Shown here piece by piece: positions 11,084 through 55,189 of a DNA stretch of 64,000 nucleotides. Source of the stretch: Chiloscyllium plagiosum (Eukaryota); assembly GCF_004010195.1 (NCBI RefSeq), contig NW_025215225.1:1-64000 (forward strand), in the 5' to 3' direction. Each line of letters opens with the position of its first letter. The stretch's first letter is position 1. Both the position numbers and the translations under genes were made by a program. The notes beneath the pieces are model-generated. The model saw only the letters and a list, made by a program, of their open reading frames with translations, ran no database searches and had not been told where the DNA came from.

Positions 11084-11882
11084 TAAGTATATTTCCAACA
11101 TTTCCAAAGAGAAAACAGGAAAAGACTAGTAAATGTTCTGTACATAAATCAGGCAGGTAAATGCTGCCCCTTTTTTTAAACACCTTTCATATCCTGTTTT
11201 TACAGTTAAGTCACAAGAGTCACATCAGAATAAGTCTGTTTAAGAAATGCCCAGTACCCCACCCAACCCTCAAAAAACAAGGGCCCATTCTCCACTGAAC
11301 AGGAGCTGGAGAGAAGAGAAGGAAATGGTCATTATTTCACATGACCACCTGATTCATTCATCACTGATGCACAACCCTCGAGTGTAACCCAGGGCATGGG
11401 CTCCCCTCAAATGGGGTTACACACTCTCCGGTCACCATCCTTAAAGCATTTTTACATCCATGTATAAAGAAACCATTAGGAGCTGAACAGAGCCTTGGTT
11501 ACCCAGGGAATGTCTGACCAAAAATGGCAAGGAGCATTTATTCCCCACAGAACACAAGAATGGAAATTCACACTGGTCCAGGTGCAGGGGGACGGCAAAA
11601 CAGTGTCTAAAATTCTCACTGCAGCCCAGGGACTGCACCCAGAACTCAAAGGTCAAAACAAAAAGTATATATTCAAAATTATACAGTTTAGATTTTTCCT
11701 TCTTCCGTATCTTGCATTTATTTTTAAAAAGCGTTCCAGAATTGCACTGCTCCTTCATTCCCCCAATAGCGTTGTGAAACATCAGCAAGTCCAAGTCCAG
11801 TTGAAACCAGGCGAGAGCCTCCATAGTTAGTGCAGACAGGTGCTGACTGCACAGACAGGCTGTAGAAGGGCCAGGTCCTCGC

Positions 11883-43810
<31,928 letters not shown>

Positions 43811-44940
43811 TTTTGTTTGTTTTTCTGTCTTGTCTGGAGTTAGTTTCGGATTCCTTTTAACAAAAGGAGAGACATTTTGTGGAAATGTTCCTGATCTGTG
43901 CGTTTAGCGAGAAAATGGAGGCGAGTGATTTCAGAGACAGCTCCTGAACAACAATGAACTTGGTCTTTCCACCAACACCCTCCCCCGCCCTTTTAATTTC
44001 ACAAACTTAATTTTTTAAAAGAATAAGATCCATTTCGTCACTCATTTCCTGAAATCTTTCAACAAAAATCACCCCCATTGCCATCTAATTAACCCAAAAA
44101 ATTAGACAAATCTCTCCAGGCCAAGTATGTCGTAATACTTTTTTCCCTTTCGTGTTCAAACTACTGTATCTTGGGGGTTTTGTCAAAACAAAAACACTTC
44201 TTAACAATCTCTTTGCTTCAAATCTTTTTGACCCACGTTTATCTGAAAAAGAAGGATCATTGCCCATCTTTTTAAAGTATTTCTTGAGGGTGGGGGACCA
44301 AATTTTCCTGAGGCTTCAAACCTACCAAGGTTACTTCTAAAAATAAAAATAATTTGCTTAGCGAGTTTTGAGAATTTGCCATGCCCGCACTTAACACTCT
44401 GGTGTAACTTGTCCTACAGGGTAAGTTCCCATGTTTTTTTACAAAACTAAGGCAGTGAATATGTTCTTTTTCTCTCTCTATGGTTGAACAGTTTAAGACC
44501 ACTACGAGTTGGCACTTTCAGTCGCTTCCTGTTTCAGTAATCTTTCCTGTGCTGCTCTATATGTTTCTTTTTTTTGACATCTTTTTGAACAGAGTGTAGT
44601 ACCAGAGATGTAGGGCATGGCCAATATTTCGGAGGAAGGTTCATTCGATCCGCAGCATTAACTCTGATTTGTCTCCGCAGATGCTGCCAGACCTGCAGAA
44701 GTTTTCCAGCAATGTCTATTTTTGTTGAAATATTTCAGGGAGACTGAATTAGGATGGCTGTGTTGTTAGAATCCCTCTTGTATCGCCATTCCAGGATGTT
44801 TGGGGAGCCGTTGGCCTGAAGTTTAGCCCTGGGTAACACTTCAGTGGTGAGGGAGTGCCAGAGATGCCACTTTCAGGTGAGATCTCAAACCAAGGTCTTG
44901 CCCGCCTTCTTGTTCATGTTAAAGATGCCATTATTATGAG

Positions 44941-45065
44941 AGTTAAAAATCACACAACAACAGGTTATAGTCCAGCAGGTTTATTTGGGGGTATGGGCTT
45001 TCGCAGTGCTGTTGTGTGATTTTTAACTTTGTCCACCCCAGTCCAACACCAGCACATCCACATCA
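44941..45065. mobile_element. Short family B fold-back element
   Basis: agttaaaaatcacacaaca...tgttgtgtgatttttaact inverted ends. Confidence 0.75.
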
Positions 45066-45079
45066 TTGTGACTAGAATT

Positions 45080-45862
45080 ATAGAGAAGTACAACATTGAA
45101 ACAGACCCTTCTGTCCAACTCACTGAGCAGTTATCCTGAATTAATCTAGTCCCATTTGCCAGTATCCCTCTAAATCCTTCATATTCATGTGCCCATCGGA
45201 TGCTATTAAATGTACCAACCTCTGCCGTTTCCTTTGGCAGTTCATTCCATGTACGCGGAGAAAGTGAGGTCTGCAGATGCTGGAGATCAAAGTTGAAACT
45301 TTATTGCTGGAACAGCACAGCAGGTCAGGCAGCATCCAGGGAACAGGAGATTCGACGTTTCGGGCACAGGCCCTTCTTCCATGCACCATCTTCTGCGTGA
45401 AAATGTTGTACCGTAGGTCCTTTTTAAATCTTTCACCTTAAACCTAAGTCCTCTAGTTTTGGGCTCCCCTAGTCTGGGGAAAAAATCCTTGGTTGAAGAG
45501 CTTTTGCACAAAACGTTGATTCTCCTGCTCCTCGGAGCTGCCTGACCAGCTGTGCTTTTCTAGCGCCACACACTCAGAGTCATAGAGATGTACAGCATGG
45601 AAACAGACCCTTCGGTCCAACCCGTCCATGCCGACCAGATATCCCAACCCAATCTAGTCCCACCTGCCAGCACCNNNNNNNNNNNNNNNNNNNNNNNNNN
45701 NNNNNNNNNNNNNNNNNNNNNNNNNNNNNNNNNNNNNNNNCCCTCATAATTTTGTAAACCTCTATAAGGTCACCCCTCAGCCTCCGACGCTCCAGGGAAA
45801 ACAGCCCCAGCCTGTTCAGCCTCTCCCTATAGCTCAGATCCTCCAGCCCTGGCAACATCCTT
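45080..45862 (-). mobile_element. Two CR1 3' fragments (45080-45490, 45576-45862) with two family A half-elements (45255-45376, ~45490-45575)
   Basis: Minus ORF MLPGLEDLSYRERLNRLGLFSLERRRLRGDLIEVYKI; TSD ttccatg(t/c)ac around 45255-45376. Confidence 0.85.
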
Positions 45863-45869
45863 GACTTGG

Positions 45870-46700
45870 CTGTTCAGTGCTGAGGGATTTCCGCAGTGCC
45901 AGAAATGCCTCTTTCAGGTGAGATCTCAAACTAAGGTAGTTTCGTGATGATTAAAGATTCCATTAAAGAAGAATGTGGGGGTTCTCCCTGAGGTCAGTAC
46001 TTATCTCCCAACTAATATCTCAAAAAAATAGATGTCATGTCATGTCATGGGGGGGGTGGTGGCAGCATGGTGGCTCAATGGTTAGCACTGCTGCCTCACA
46101 GCGCTAGGGACCTGGGTTCGATTCCAGCCTCAGGCAACTGTCTGTGTGGAGTTTGCACATTCTCCCCGTGTCTGCGTGAGTTTCCTCTGGGTGCTCCAGT
46201 TTCATCGCACAGTCCAAAGATGTGCTGGTTAGGAGGATTGGCCATGCTAAATTACCCAGTGTTCTTGGATGTATAGGTTAGGGACATTAGATTAGTTAGA
46301 TTCCCTACAGTGTGGAAACAGGCCCTTCGGCCCAACAAGTCCACACCGACCCTCTGAAGAGAAACCCATCCAGACCCATTTTCTCTGACTAATGCACCTA
46401 ACGCTATGGGCAATTTAGCACGGGCAATTAGGGGAAATGTCGAGTAACGCAGTAGGGGAATGGGTCTGGGTCGAATACTCTTTGCGGGCTTGGTATGGAC
46501 TTGTTGGGCCAAATGGCCTGTTTCCAGGCTGTAGTCATTCTATTATCATGTTTGTGGGTGTTTACTATGCAAACATTGGGTGCTGGATATCTTGTGTTAT
46601 GATAATGACAACACTTGAAAAGCTACATCAGTGGCTGTATAATGCTATGGGTTGTTCTGCAGTCATGAAAGGTACTAGAGAATTGGAAGCATGTCTTCTG
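45870..46700 (+). mobile_element. Degenerate Deu-domain (SacSINE1/AmnSINE-like) SINE, interrupted by HE1
   Basis: gagggatttccgcagtgcc..tttcaggtgagatctcaaac..aaagattcca..gttctccc; similar piece at ~44810-44930. Confidence 0.5.
46058..46535 (+). mobile_element. HE1-type SINE containing an inverted HE1 3' fragment (~46291-46427)
   Basis: Intact tRNA head ggcagcatggtggctcaatggttagcactg..gggttcgattcc. Confidence 0.9.
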
Positions 46701-46893
46701 ATATGTTTATCCAAATTTGCAATGTTTGGTCAGCAGGATAGGTGTTTTCATGTGCTATCAATGAGGCATTGAACTCAGACAGAGACATGGTCTTGGTGAA
46801 AGGGAGTTCATAATTGAATAACTTATTTGAGTCTTTTGAGGAAGCAGCCAGCAAGTGCTCTACTTAGTTTTCCTGGAGGCATTTGATAAGGTG

Positions 46894-47180
46894 TATAAAG
46901 TTAAAAATCACACAACACCAGGTTACAGTCCAACAGGTTTAATTGGAAGCACTAGCTTTCGGAGCGCCACTCCTTCATCAGGTAGTTGTGGAGTACATAA
47001 TTGTAAGGCACAGAACTTATTTGCTATAAATTCTGTGTCTTACAATTATGTACTCCACAACTACCTGATGAAGGAGCGGCGCTCCGAAAGCTAGTGCTTC
47101 CAATTAAACCTGTTGGACTATAACCTGGTGTTGTGTGATTTTTAACTTTGTACACCCCACTCCAACACCGGCATCTCCAA
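46894..47180. mobile_element. Palindromic Penelope-derived element, family B, with hammerhead-like cores on both strands
   Basis: ~120-bp near-perfect inverted arms; 13-bp TSD atttgataaggtg (46881-46893, 47181-47193); CTGATGA-A-GGAGC-GGC-GCTCC-GAAA-GCTA-GTG at 47065-47096 and its mirror at ~46949-46984. Confidence 0.92.
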
Positions 47181-47721
47181 ATTTGATAAGGTGCTACATC
47201 AAAGGTTACTGTGTAAACTAACAGCTCACGGTGTAGGGAGTAACACGTTAGTATTGGTGGATGATTGGTTAGCTGTAGGGAAATTGATTAGTTACAAATA
47301 GGTCTGTTTTGGCTTGGTAGGTTGTTACAAGTAGAGTGCTACAGGAATCAGTGCTGGGGCCTTGACATTCCACAATTGGTATTAATAATTTGGATGAAGG
47401 CGTCTAGTGTATTTTTCCTAAATTTGCTGCTGGCACAACATTAGGTAAAGTGAGTTTTCAAGAGGACATAGTGTCTGAAAAGGCTTATGAAAGACATTGT
47501 CACATGGAAAATGATGTTTGGAAAATGTATCCACTTTGTCAGGATGAATAGAGCAACAGCATATTAATCAAACGGAGATAGAGTAAGATCTCTGGACAGA
47601 GGGATCTAGGTCTCCTGGAGCCAGTGTCATAAGGTTAGTACATAGGTTAAAGTGGTTAGGAAAACCAATGGAGTGATGGCATTTGTTGCAAGGATGTAAG
47701 TGCAAATGGCCTTCTTTTATT

Positions 47722-47836
47722 AAAAACCGTAAGAACTGAGAATGTGGTAAATCAGAAACAGAACTTCTGAAGAAGGGTCACTTAACCCGAAACGCAGACG
47801 TGCTGAGCTTTTCCAGCAATTTCTGTTTTTGTTCCA
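47722..47836 (+). mobile_element. Family D-like mini-element
   Basis: CTGAAGA-A-GGGT..ACCC-GAAA-CG; imperfect 14-bp TSD ggc(c/t)ttcttt(t/c)att at 47708-47721 and 47837-47850. Confidence 0.7.
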
Positions 47837-48504
47837 GGCTTTCTTTCATTGTACAATGCATCAGTGAGGCACTGTGTACGGTTTTGGTTTCCTTTGTTTA
47901 AATAAGGATATCAATGGTGTGAAAGCCGTCCGGAGAAGGATCACTTAATAGATAGCTGGGAGAGCAGATGATCTTACGAGTGCATCCATGAGAGTTTAGA
48001 AGAATGGGAGGCTACCTTAATGAAACATGGAAGATCCCGAGGGAATACGGATGCTGAAAGGATGTTGTGAAAGTGACAGAACCAAGAACAGGGTTTACAA
48101 ATAAGAGGGATTCCACTTGAGATGGAGGTAAGGAGAATTTATTTCCTCTGGGGTTCATGACTCTTTGTAATTCTCTTTTCCCGACAGTAATGAAACTGGA
48201 ATAATTGAATATTTTTAAGGTGGAGCTAGTTAGCTTATTGATCAACAAGGAAATTGCATGCCCTTGGGGGTTGATGGGAATTTGAGTTGAAACCACAATC
48301 AGATCAGATGGGCTAGGCCGGAAATTCTTTTCCGTCCCTTATTGCCCAGAGGGCAGTTAAGAATCAATCACATTGGGTGTGGGTCTGGAGTCATATAGGC
48401 CAGGTTATGGTAAATTTCTTTCCCCAAGGAGTGAATCAGATAGGTTCTTACAACAGTAGAAGGTGGTTTTCGCGTCTGTGTTAGACTGATTGTTTATTGA
48501 CTGC

Positions 48505-49315
48505 CCAGTTCTAGTTGCCTGTCGTAGGAAGGATAATATCAAGCTGGAGAGGGTCAGAAAAGATTTACCAAGATTTTGCTGGGAATGGAAGGTTTCTGTT
48601 ATCAGGAGAGGCTGGATAGATCGGCACCTTTTTCACTGAAGTGTAGGAGGTTGATGGGTGACCTTATGGAGGTCCCCTTTTTAAAGTCATGAGGCGTAAA
48701 GATAAGCTGAATGACAGGTGTCTTTTCCCTATGGTGGGGGATTCAAGACCAGGAGGCATGTTTTTAAGGTGAGAGGACTAGATGAGATTCCCTACAGAGT
48801 GGGAACAGCCCCTTCGGCCCAACAAGTCCACGCTGATCCTCCAAAGTGTAATTTACCCAGACTCATTTCCCTCTGACTAATGCACCTAACATTACGGGCA
48901 ATTTGGAATGGCCAATTCACCTAACCTGCACATCTTTGAACTGTGGGAGGAAACCTGAGCACCCGGAGGAAACCCATGCAGACACAGTGAGAATGTGCAA
49001 ACTTCACACAGACCGTTACCCGAGGCTGGAATCGAACCCGGGTCCTTCGCGCTGTGAGGCAGCACTGAGCCACTGTGCTGCCCCAAGATTTTAAAAAGGA
49101 CGTGAGCAACCTTTTTTACACAGAGGGTAGTTCATGTGTGGAATAAACTTCCAGAGGAAGTGATGGATGCTGGTATAATTAGTGTTTAAAAGACATTTGA
49201 ATAAGTTACATGAATAAGAGAGATTTGGAGAGACAGGCAAGTGAGACAAGTTTATTTTGAGATTATGGTTGGCATGGACTGAAGGGTCTGTTTCCATACT
49301 GTATAGCTCTATGAT
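48505..49315 (+). mobile_element. CR1 3' fragment split by an HE1 SINE (48778-49083, minus)
   Basis: CR1 continuity ..aaggtgagagga|HE1|aagattttaaaaggac.. Confidence 0.85.
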
Positions 49316-49624
49316 TTCAAATTTTACAGTCTGCTGTGGTGAGATTCAATCTGCATGACCACAGAACATCAGGCCAGGATGAGTATCTAGTGACATTAGC
49401 AATATGCCACTGCCTCTCATAAATGGTTTATTTCTGTTGCTTTGGTTTGTATGATAGAGACAATAGTTCTGATGGTAATAGAGATTAGGAATGGGGGGGG
49501 GAACGGGTGTGTGTGTGTGTGGCTGTGTGTGTGTGGCTGTATTCCGATTGTTCCTGGGCCCTTCCGGAGGGTTGTCCGGTCCTACCGGTGCTTGACGCGT
49601 TGTATCCTCCCGCACGTATAGGTT

Positions 49625-49793
49625 TTGAGCGTGCGGTGCCAGAAAGGCGCAGCATCTAAGGAGCTGGGGCACTGCCGTTCCGGGCAAGAGCCCTTCATCA
49701 GGAATCTCCTGCTCCTGGGATGCTGCCTGACCTGTGCTTTTCCAGCACCACACTCTGGACTCTGATTTCCAGCATCTGCGGTCCTCACTTCCT
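49625..49793. mobile_element. Family A fold-back mini-element
   Basis: cgggcaagagcccttcatcagg (minus-strand core with GAAA->GGAA) followed by an arm ending gtcctcactt. Confidence 0.8.
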
Positions 49794-50774
49794 CCACACA
49801 CATTGGTTTGCCACTTCAGTTGGTAATTTTAAATCTGGGATTTTAGTCAGCCAATGTGGAGATAGAATACGGAATCAGAATTAATGTCAACACATGCCAG
49901 AGCAGGTTTGGGCTGAATGACCATCTCGGTTAGCAAAAAGCCAGATCACCTTGTGTTTTTAGAAATAATATCAAAATAACTATTACAGGTACTGCAATCA
50001 CGAAAGAGAAGATGCTAGAAATTGCAAGCTTATTTAATGTAGAAGAAAATGGTTTTTGAGATGACAGCCTATTGGCAGTATTTTTGATTTCTGTTGTTGC
50101 TGGCTGATGATGAAATCAGCGGTTTTCAGAAGTTGTTTCTGAAATCTCAGCCACAGATGTTTGAAGTCTACAGGATAGGTCCACAGGGAAAAGCTACCAC
50201 CTTTTCCTGACTCTCCAAATCACGCATGTAATAAGATCAAGCTTGCTCATGGGACTGAGCTGTGTCTGATTAGGCCTTTGTTCTAAGTGCCTCTTGTGGC
50301 TGAATCCTGGATGCGTTGGAGATCATGAGAAAGGAAGGTGACTGTTTGCGTTCGGGCATTTTGTGGAAGGTCAAAAAATCCAAGGCTGCAGTCCCTCGAT
50401 AGCAAATGCCCCCAAGTATGGACAAACTCACCCAGTAAAGGGCACTGCTGGCTTGGGTGTACTTGCAGAATGGAAGGTAAATATACTTCAAGGATTTTCT
50501 GTGTTGTAAGGTAGGCAGAGGATGCCCAAACTCTGCTCAAAGGAAACTTGCCTGCTTGACGTGGTGGCATTAAAAATCAACACTTGGGTGCAACCAGCCA
50601 ATGACTGAAGGAAAGGCACTGTGACGCTGACATGTAGCACTGTAACCAGCCATCACTGGTGTAAACGCTGGGGAATTTAAACTATTCACAATGATAGCCA
50701 AAAGTCACTCCACTTGTGGCAGACCCTAGCACCCAGCTGCTCCAAAACACCATGTACAGGGAGTGCCCGACCCG

Positions 50775-50799
50775 CCCCCCCCCCCCCCCCCCCCCCCCC
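50775..50799. repeat. Poly-C tract (25 nt)
   Basis: Homopolymer. Confidence 0.95.
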
Positions 50800-51315
50800 A
50801 AAAATTACGGATTTACTACACAGATGGTAGGATAACGACATCTGTTTTAAAATAGACATTCCAGGGAATATGTACTGGATTTGGTTTTGCCTGATTTTTA
50901 AAAAAAATGCTTTTGGCCTTGTAGCTGAACAACTTGAATCATTCTGATGACGGATGAGGAGGCTAGTAGGGAAGAGGACTAGCTGAATGGTCTCACTCCT
51001 GTTTCCCTTTTGTAATTGTTCTGTTCTTGGGAGTTTAGGTCTGTCGGAATGTTATGATTCATGCATTCTTTTGGGTGAGCTTAAATCCTAAAATAGATCC
51101 CAGCCGAGGAAACACATCCCTTTGGCTTTCTGATAACCCCACCAGCACTTCCTGAAAACACAGACGGATTGGTGTCTCCTGTCCCCAACAAGGCCTCGTT
51201 TTCCCTCAGCCGTCACACTCACTGAGGTCCTCTTCCAAACTTGTTGAGGTTGCGATCACTGAGCCTTCTCCTGTTGTTTTTGGGTTTTCAGATCTGCCAG
51301 CTTTGTGCTTTTTCA

Positions 51316-51655
51316 TAGAATCCCTACAGTGTGGAGGCAAGCCATTCAGCTCATTGAGTCCACACCACCCCTCTGAAGAGCATCCTGCTCAGATCCACCC
51401 CCTTACCCTTGCTCTGTGATCCTGCATTTCCCATGCCTTATCCAGCTTGCTGTGCGTCCCTGGACTCTGAGTAATTTAGCACAGCCAATCCACCTAACCT
51501 TGCATGTCTTTGGACTGTGGGAGGAAACCGGAGCACCCAGAGGAAACCCATGCAGACACGGGGAGAATGTGCGAACTCCGCAAGGACAGTCAGCTGAGGT
51601 TGGAATCGAACCCAGGTCCCAGGTGCTGTGAGGTAGCAGTGCTAACCGCTGAGCA
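51316..51655 (-). mobile_element. HE1-type SINE
   Basis: Reverse complement of the HE1 head, core and tail. Confidence 0.9.
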
Positions 51656-52574
51656 ATGATGGATTCAAATCTCATGCCTTTCTCTGTTATGAGAACCTGC
51701 CCCTGTATCAAAGGCTCTGGCTAGCCTCCCCAGTTGCGGGTCAGTAGCTGAAAGTTTGGGGTTTTCAGCTACAAAGTATTGGTGGCTGATGCAGAGCTCG
51801 GTGCGCTCTTCCTGACACTCCACTGATATCACTTTGTTCTCACTGAGCGTCTACAAATTATTTTCAACGCTAAATGGAGTTGTTGTGGAAAAGGTTTAAT
51901 AAGCACAGTATCACTAAAAGTAATCCAGTATTTTCCCAATTTCATCTGTTATCTTGAGATATTTTTAGGCAAATTATAATATCAACCAAACTAGCTTAAA
52001 ATCCATAGATAATTCCTTTCCAGCTATAATGATGTTGAGACCTGGATGTTCTTTGTTGTTCCATCAAATAATGCAGACCTGGTCCATCTGCAGTCTTAGC
52101 ATATTGGTACCCATCCTATTGCAATAATCTCTTCATTCCCTAAGTACTCATTAATCTGAATGATCTTAGTCTTGAATGCAGTCAACAACTGACCCCCTGG
52201 GTGCCTTGGTGGTTTACAGTCAGGGAGTTTAGTGCCACTGTTGTAATGTAGGGACCAAGATACCTCATTTCCTGTTTGCACTGCTGTGTGCAATGTGAGA
52301 AACAGACCATCTGTTCTTAGTGATGTTAGTTGCAGGCTAAATCTTGACTCGAACACTCTGGGGGAGCGCTCCCTGACTTTCTTTGAATGGTACCTTGGGT
52401 TATTTAGCTTCCATCTGAGAAGACTATTGGGCTATAGGTTTTCTGTCTTGTCTGAAAGTTGTCAACTTTTGGCAGCATAACATTCACTCGGGTCAGCTTA
52501 GACGACTGGACTTGGGAACTGCCAATGTGACATTGACTGTCTGGATTTCAGTGCTCCCCTCACTCTCACTCAGA

Positions 52575-53810
52575 CGTGACCCTGCCTGAAGTTTCTGCGG
52601 TCTGTTCTTGCATATGTAACCCTGACATTGCCCTCCTTGTTTGCAGGTTTGATAGCAATGTCATCCTCTGGTGTACTGACCTCTGTCTAGCAGAGGCCAA
52701 ACAGCAACCCTCCAGCATTTTCTTGTACCTCCCCTGGACCAGGAATCCACTTCTGGATTTCAAGCAACTCTAGCGAGCTCTGTCACTGATGTCACTCTTC
52801 TAGGGATCCTGTCTCCACGTCCTTCAACACTGAATAGCCTAATTCTACTGCCTTCCCAAAATTCATAAACAGCAATGCCCTACTCAATCCATTGTTTCAG
52901 CTTGATCCTATCTCGCTGCACTCACTTCTCCCTTTGTGTGGTCTCTTCCGACCTACGTCTGTGAGTCTCTCGGTGACCTGTGTCCCTGGTTTCATGCACC
53001 TAACTCTTTCCCTACACTGCGGATGTTCAGTACCTTTACACCTCCATCCTTGGCCAGAACTCTGTCGGAGATCTTGGCTCCTTCTTTGAAAGGAGGCCTA
53101 AGCAATTAATCCCAGCCCTGTTCTGCCTGGCTAAGCTTGTTCTCGCTCTGGAGCAACTTCTCCAACTCCTCTGACGTCCTCCAGTCTTCAGACATTCTCA
53201 TCCCATTTTCCAGCATTTGGCCCTTAGCCTTACGTATGCCCTCCTCAAGCTTAGTCCTCCTGCTCTTCCCCCAGAGACCCATGTACTCAACGAATCATTC
53301 TCCACCAGTTTTGCTCATTCCAATGAGATATGAAACATCTTCCCCCACCCCCTCTTCAGCATTCCTAAAGGACAGTTTCATCAGTGATGCTATAATCTAC
53401 TCAGACACCCTTAACTACCCCCCCCCCCCAAGTCAGTGCTGAAGTGATGTATGGAGGGGACAGCATTTATGCTACAGTTTGGTGAATGTGGAGAATTGGG
53501 GGTAGAATGCTGGTGGAGAAAAGATGTTAATAGTTCAGAATAAGTGATCGGAATGTGAGAATGGTAGAACCATGGTGTGTCTCACTGCCACTTGAAAGGA
53601 TAATACGTGGGATGGGAGGGAGAGGAGGACATGATAACAAAAGAAAGTGAAGAAATAGTTCAGTTTTAATGGTGTTGAACTCCGTATTAAGTCCAGAGAG
53701 CTGTGAAGATGAGATGTTGTTCCTCCAGTTTGTGCTGAGATTCACTGGAACACTGCAGCATGCCAAGGACAGACGTGCGGGTGTACAAGCAGGACGCTGT
53801 GTTAAAATGA
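52575..53810. mobile_element. Degenerate Penelope-like element: RT remnant (+) and GIY-YIG C-terminus (-)
   Basis: +: VILWCTDLCLAEAKQQ..YLP and LPKIHK..PIVS-like motifs; -: ESQHKLEEQHLIF..SGLNTEFN. Confidence 0.65.
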
Positions 53811-53811
53811 T

Positions 53812-54378
53812 TGGCTACAGGAAGGCCGGTGCACCTGTACAGGATGTTGGTGAGGCCACTTTTGGAATATTGCATTCAATTCTGGTCTCCCTGCTATAGG
53901 GAAGATGTTAAACTTGAAAAGGTTCAGAAAAGATTTACGAGGATGTTGCCAGGGTTGGAGAGTTTGAGCTGTAGGGAGAGGCTGAACAGGCTGGGGGTGT
54001 TTTCCCTGGAGGCTGAGGGGTGACCTTATAGAGGTTTACAAAATTATGAGGGGCATGATTAGGATAAATAGACCAGGTCTTCTCCCTAAGGTAAGGGAGT
54101 CCAAAACTAGAGAGCATAGGTTTAAGGTAAGAGGGGAAAGATTTAAAAGGGATCTGAGGTATAATGATTTCACCCAGGGGGTAGTGTGTGTATGGAATGA
54201 GCTGCCAGAGGATGTGGTGGAGGCTGGTACAATTACAACATTTATAAGGCATCTGGATGGGGATATCAATAGGAAGGGGTTAGAGGGGTCTGGGCCAAAT
54301 GGTACTAGGTCAGTTTTGGATAACTGGTCGGCATGGATAGGTCAGACTGAAGGATCTGTTTCCGTCATGTATAACACT
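53812..54378 (+). mobile_element. CR1 LINE 3' fragment
   Basis: LYRMLVRPLLEYCIQFWSP..WNELP. Confidence 0.92.
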
Positions 54379-55189
54379 AATTCTTCTCCTCCTGACTCGG
54401 GGAAAGACTGCCGCTCACTGGTCCAGAACCACCTCGAAACAGGAATATTTGCACTTTGTTCATCCGTACAGCTGACGTTTCAATTCCACAGCAAATATAA
54501 ACTTTGAATTTTGAGGTGGGTGCAGGAAGGGAGGAATCCGAGGACTTTGAGTTCGCAAATCTTTTACAGGTGGGAGAACAAGTTGATAAAACTGTTTGAG
54601 ACACCTGCCTATGGGAAAAGGAGCTGAAAACAAAAGCAGGGGAGTGATATGGATCCTTTGCAATTTATCGGTTGGGCCATTGTTGGAGTAGTGTGTTCAG
54701 ATCTGCACTGAGCAATTTGGGAAGGATGTGACAAGGCCTTAGTGAAGTACACAGGAGGTTCTCCAGGATGGTTTGGACCCAGAGGACCTCTCCCCATGGA
54801 GAACTTGGGGTTGTTAATTGAGTGGAGGTGCTTACAGGGGAGGTGCAATCGACGCATTCAAGGTTAGGAAGTGTTTTGGTACACTGTTTAAAGAGAAACT
54901 GTTTCCAGTGATCTGGGGAAAGCTGGGCAAAGCTGCATGTGAGAGAGAGAATTGGTGACCAGAGGGGCATGACTTGGTAAGGAGATCAATGAGAAAGATG
55001 AGCAGTTTTTAACCTTGCAAGTTATGATAATCTGAAATGTGCTGCCTAAAAGCATCCTTTGGCCGGGGGAGGAGGGGGGAGTGCTGCTGGAAGCACAGGG
55101 CAGGGAGGGTTGGATTGCTTTCCAAACCACCATGTCTGGGCTCGATGGGCTGAGTGGGCTTCTGCTGGAATGTATTACAGGCAGTGGTA

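Larger units (their letters stand above)
46780..48300 (+). mobile_element. Old CR1 RT fragment interrupted by two Penelope minis
   Basis: AFDKV, (G)V.QESVLGP, INNLDEG, KFA motifs. Confidence 0.75.

Noticed and set aside
46058..46135. tRNA gene
   Set aside because: The tRNA-like A/B boxes are the head of an HE1 SINE and run straight into the SINE core; the same applies to the other copies.
50101..50152. C/D-box snoRNA or hammerhead (CTGATGA..GAAA / ATGATGA..CTGA with terminal stem)
   Set aside because: Only ~25 nt separate the C and D boxes, and there is no stem II between CTGATGA and GAAA.
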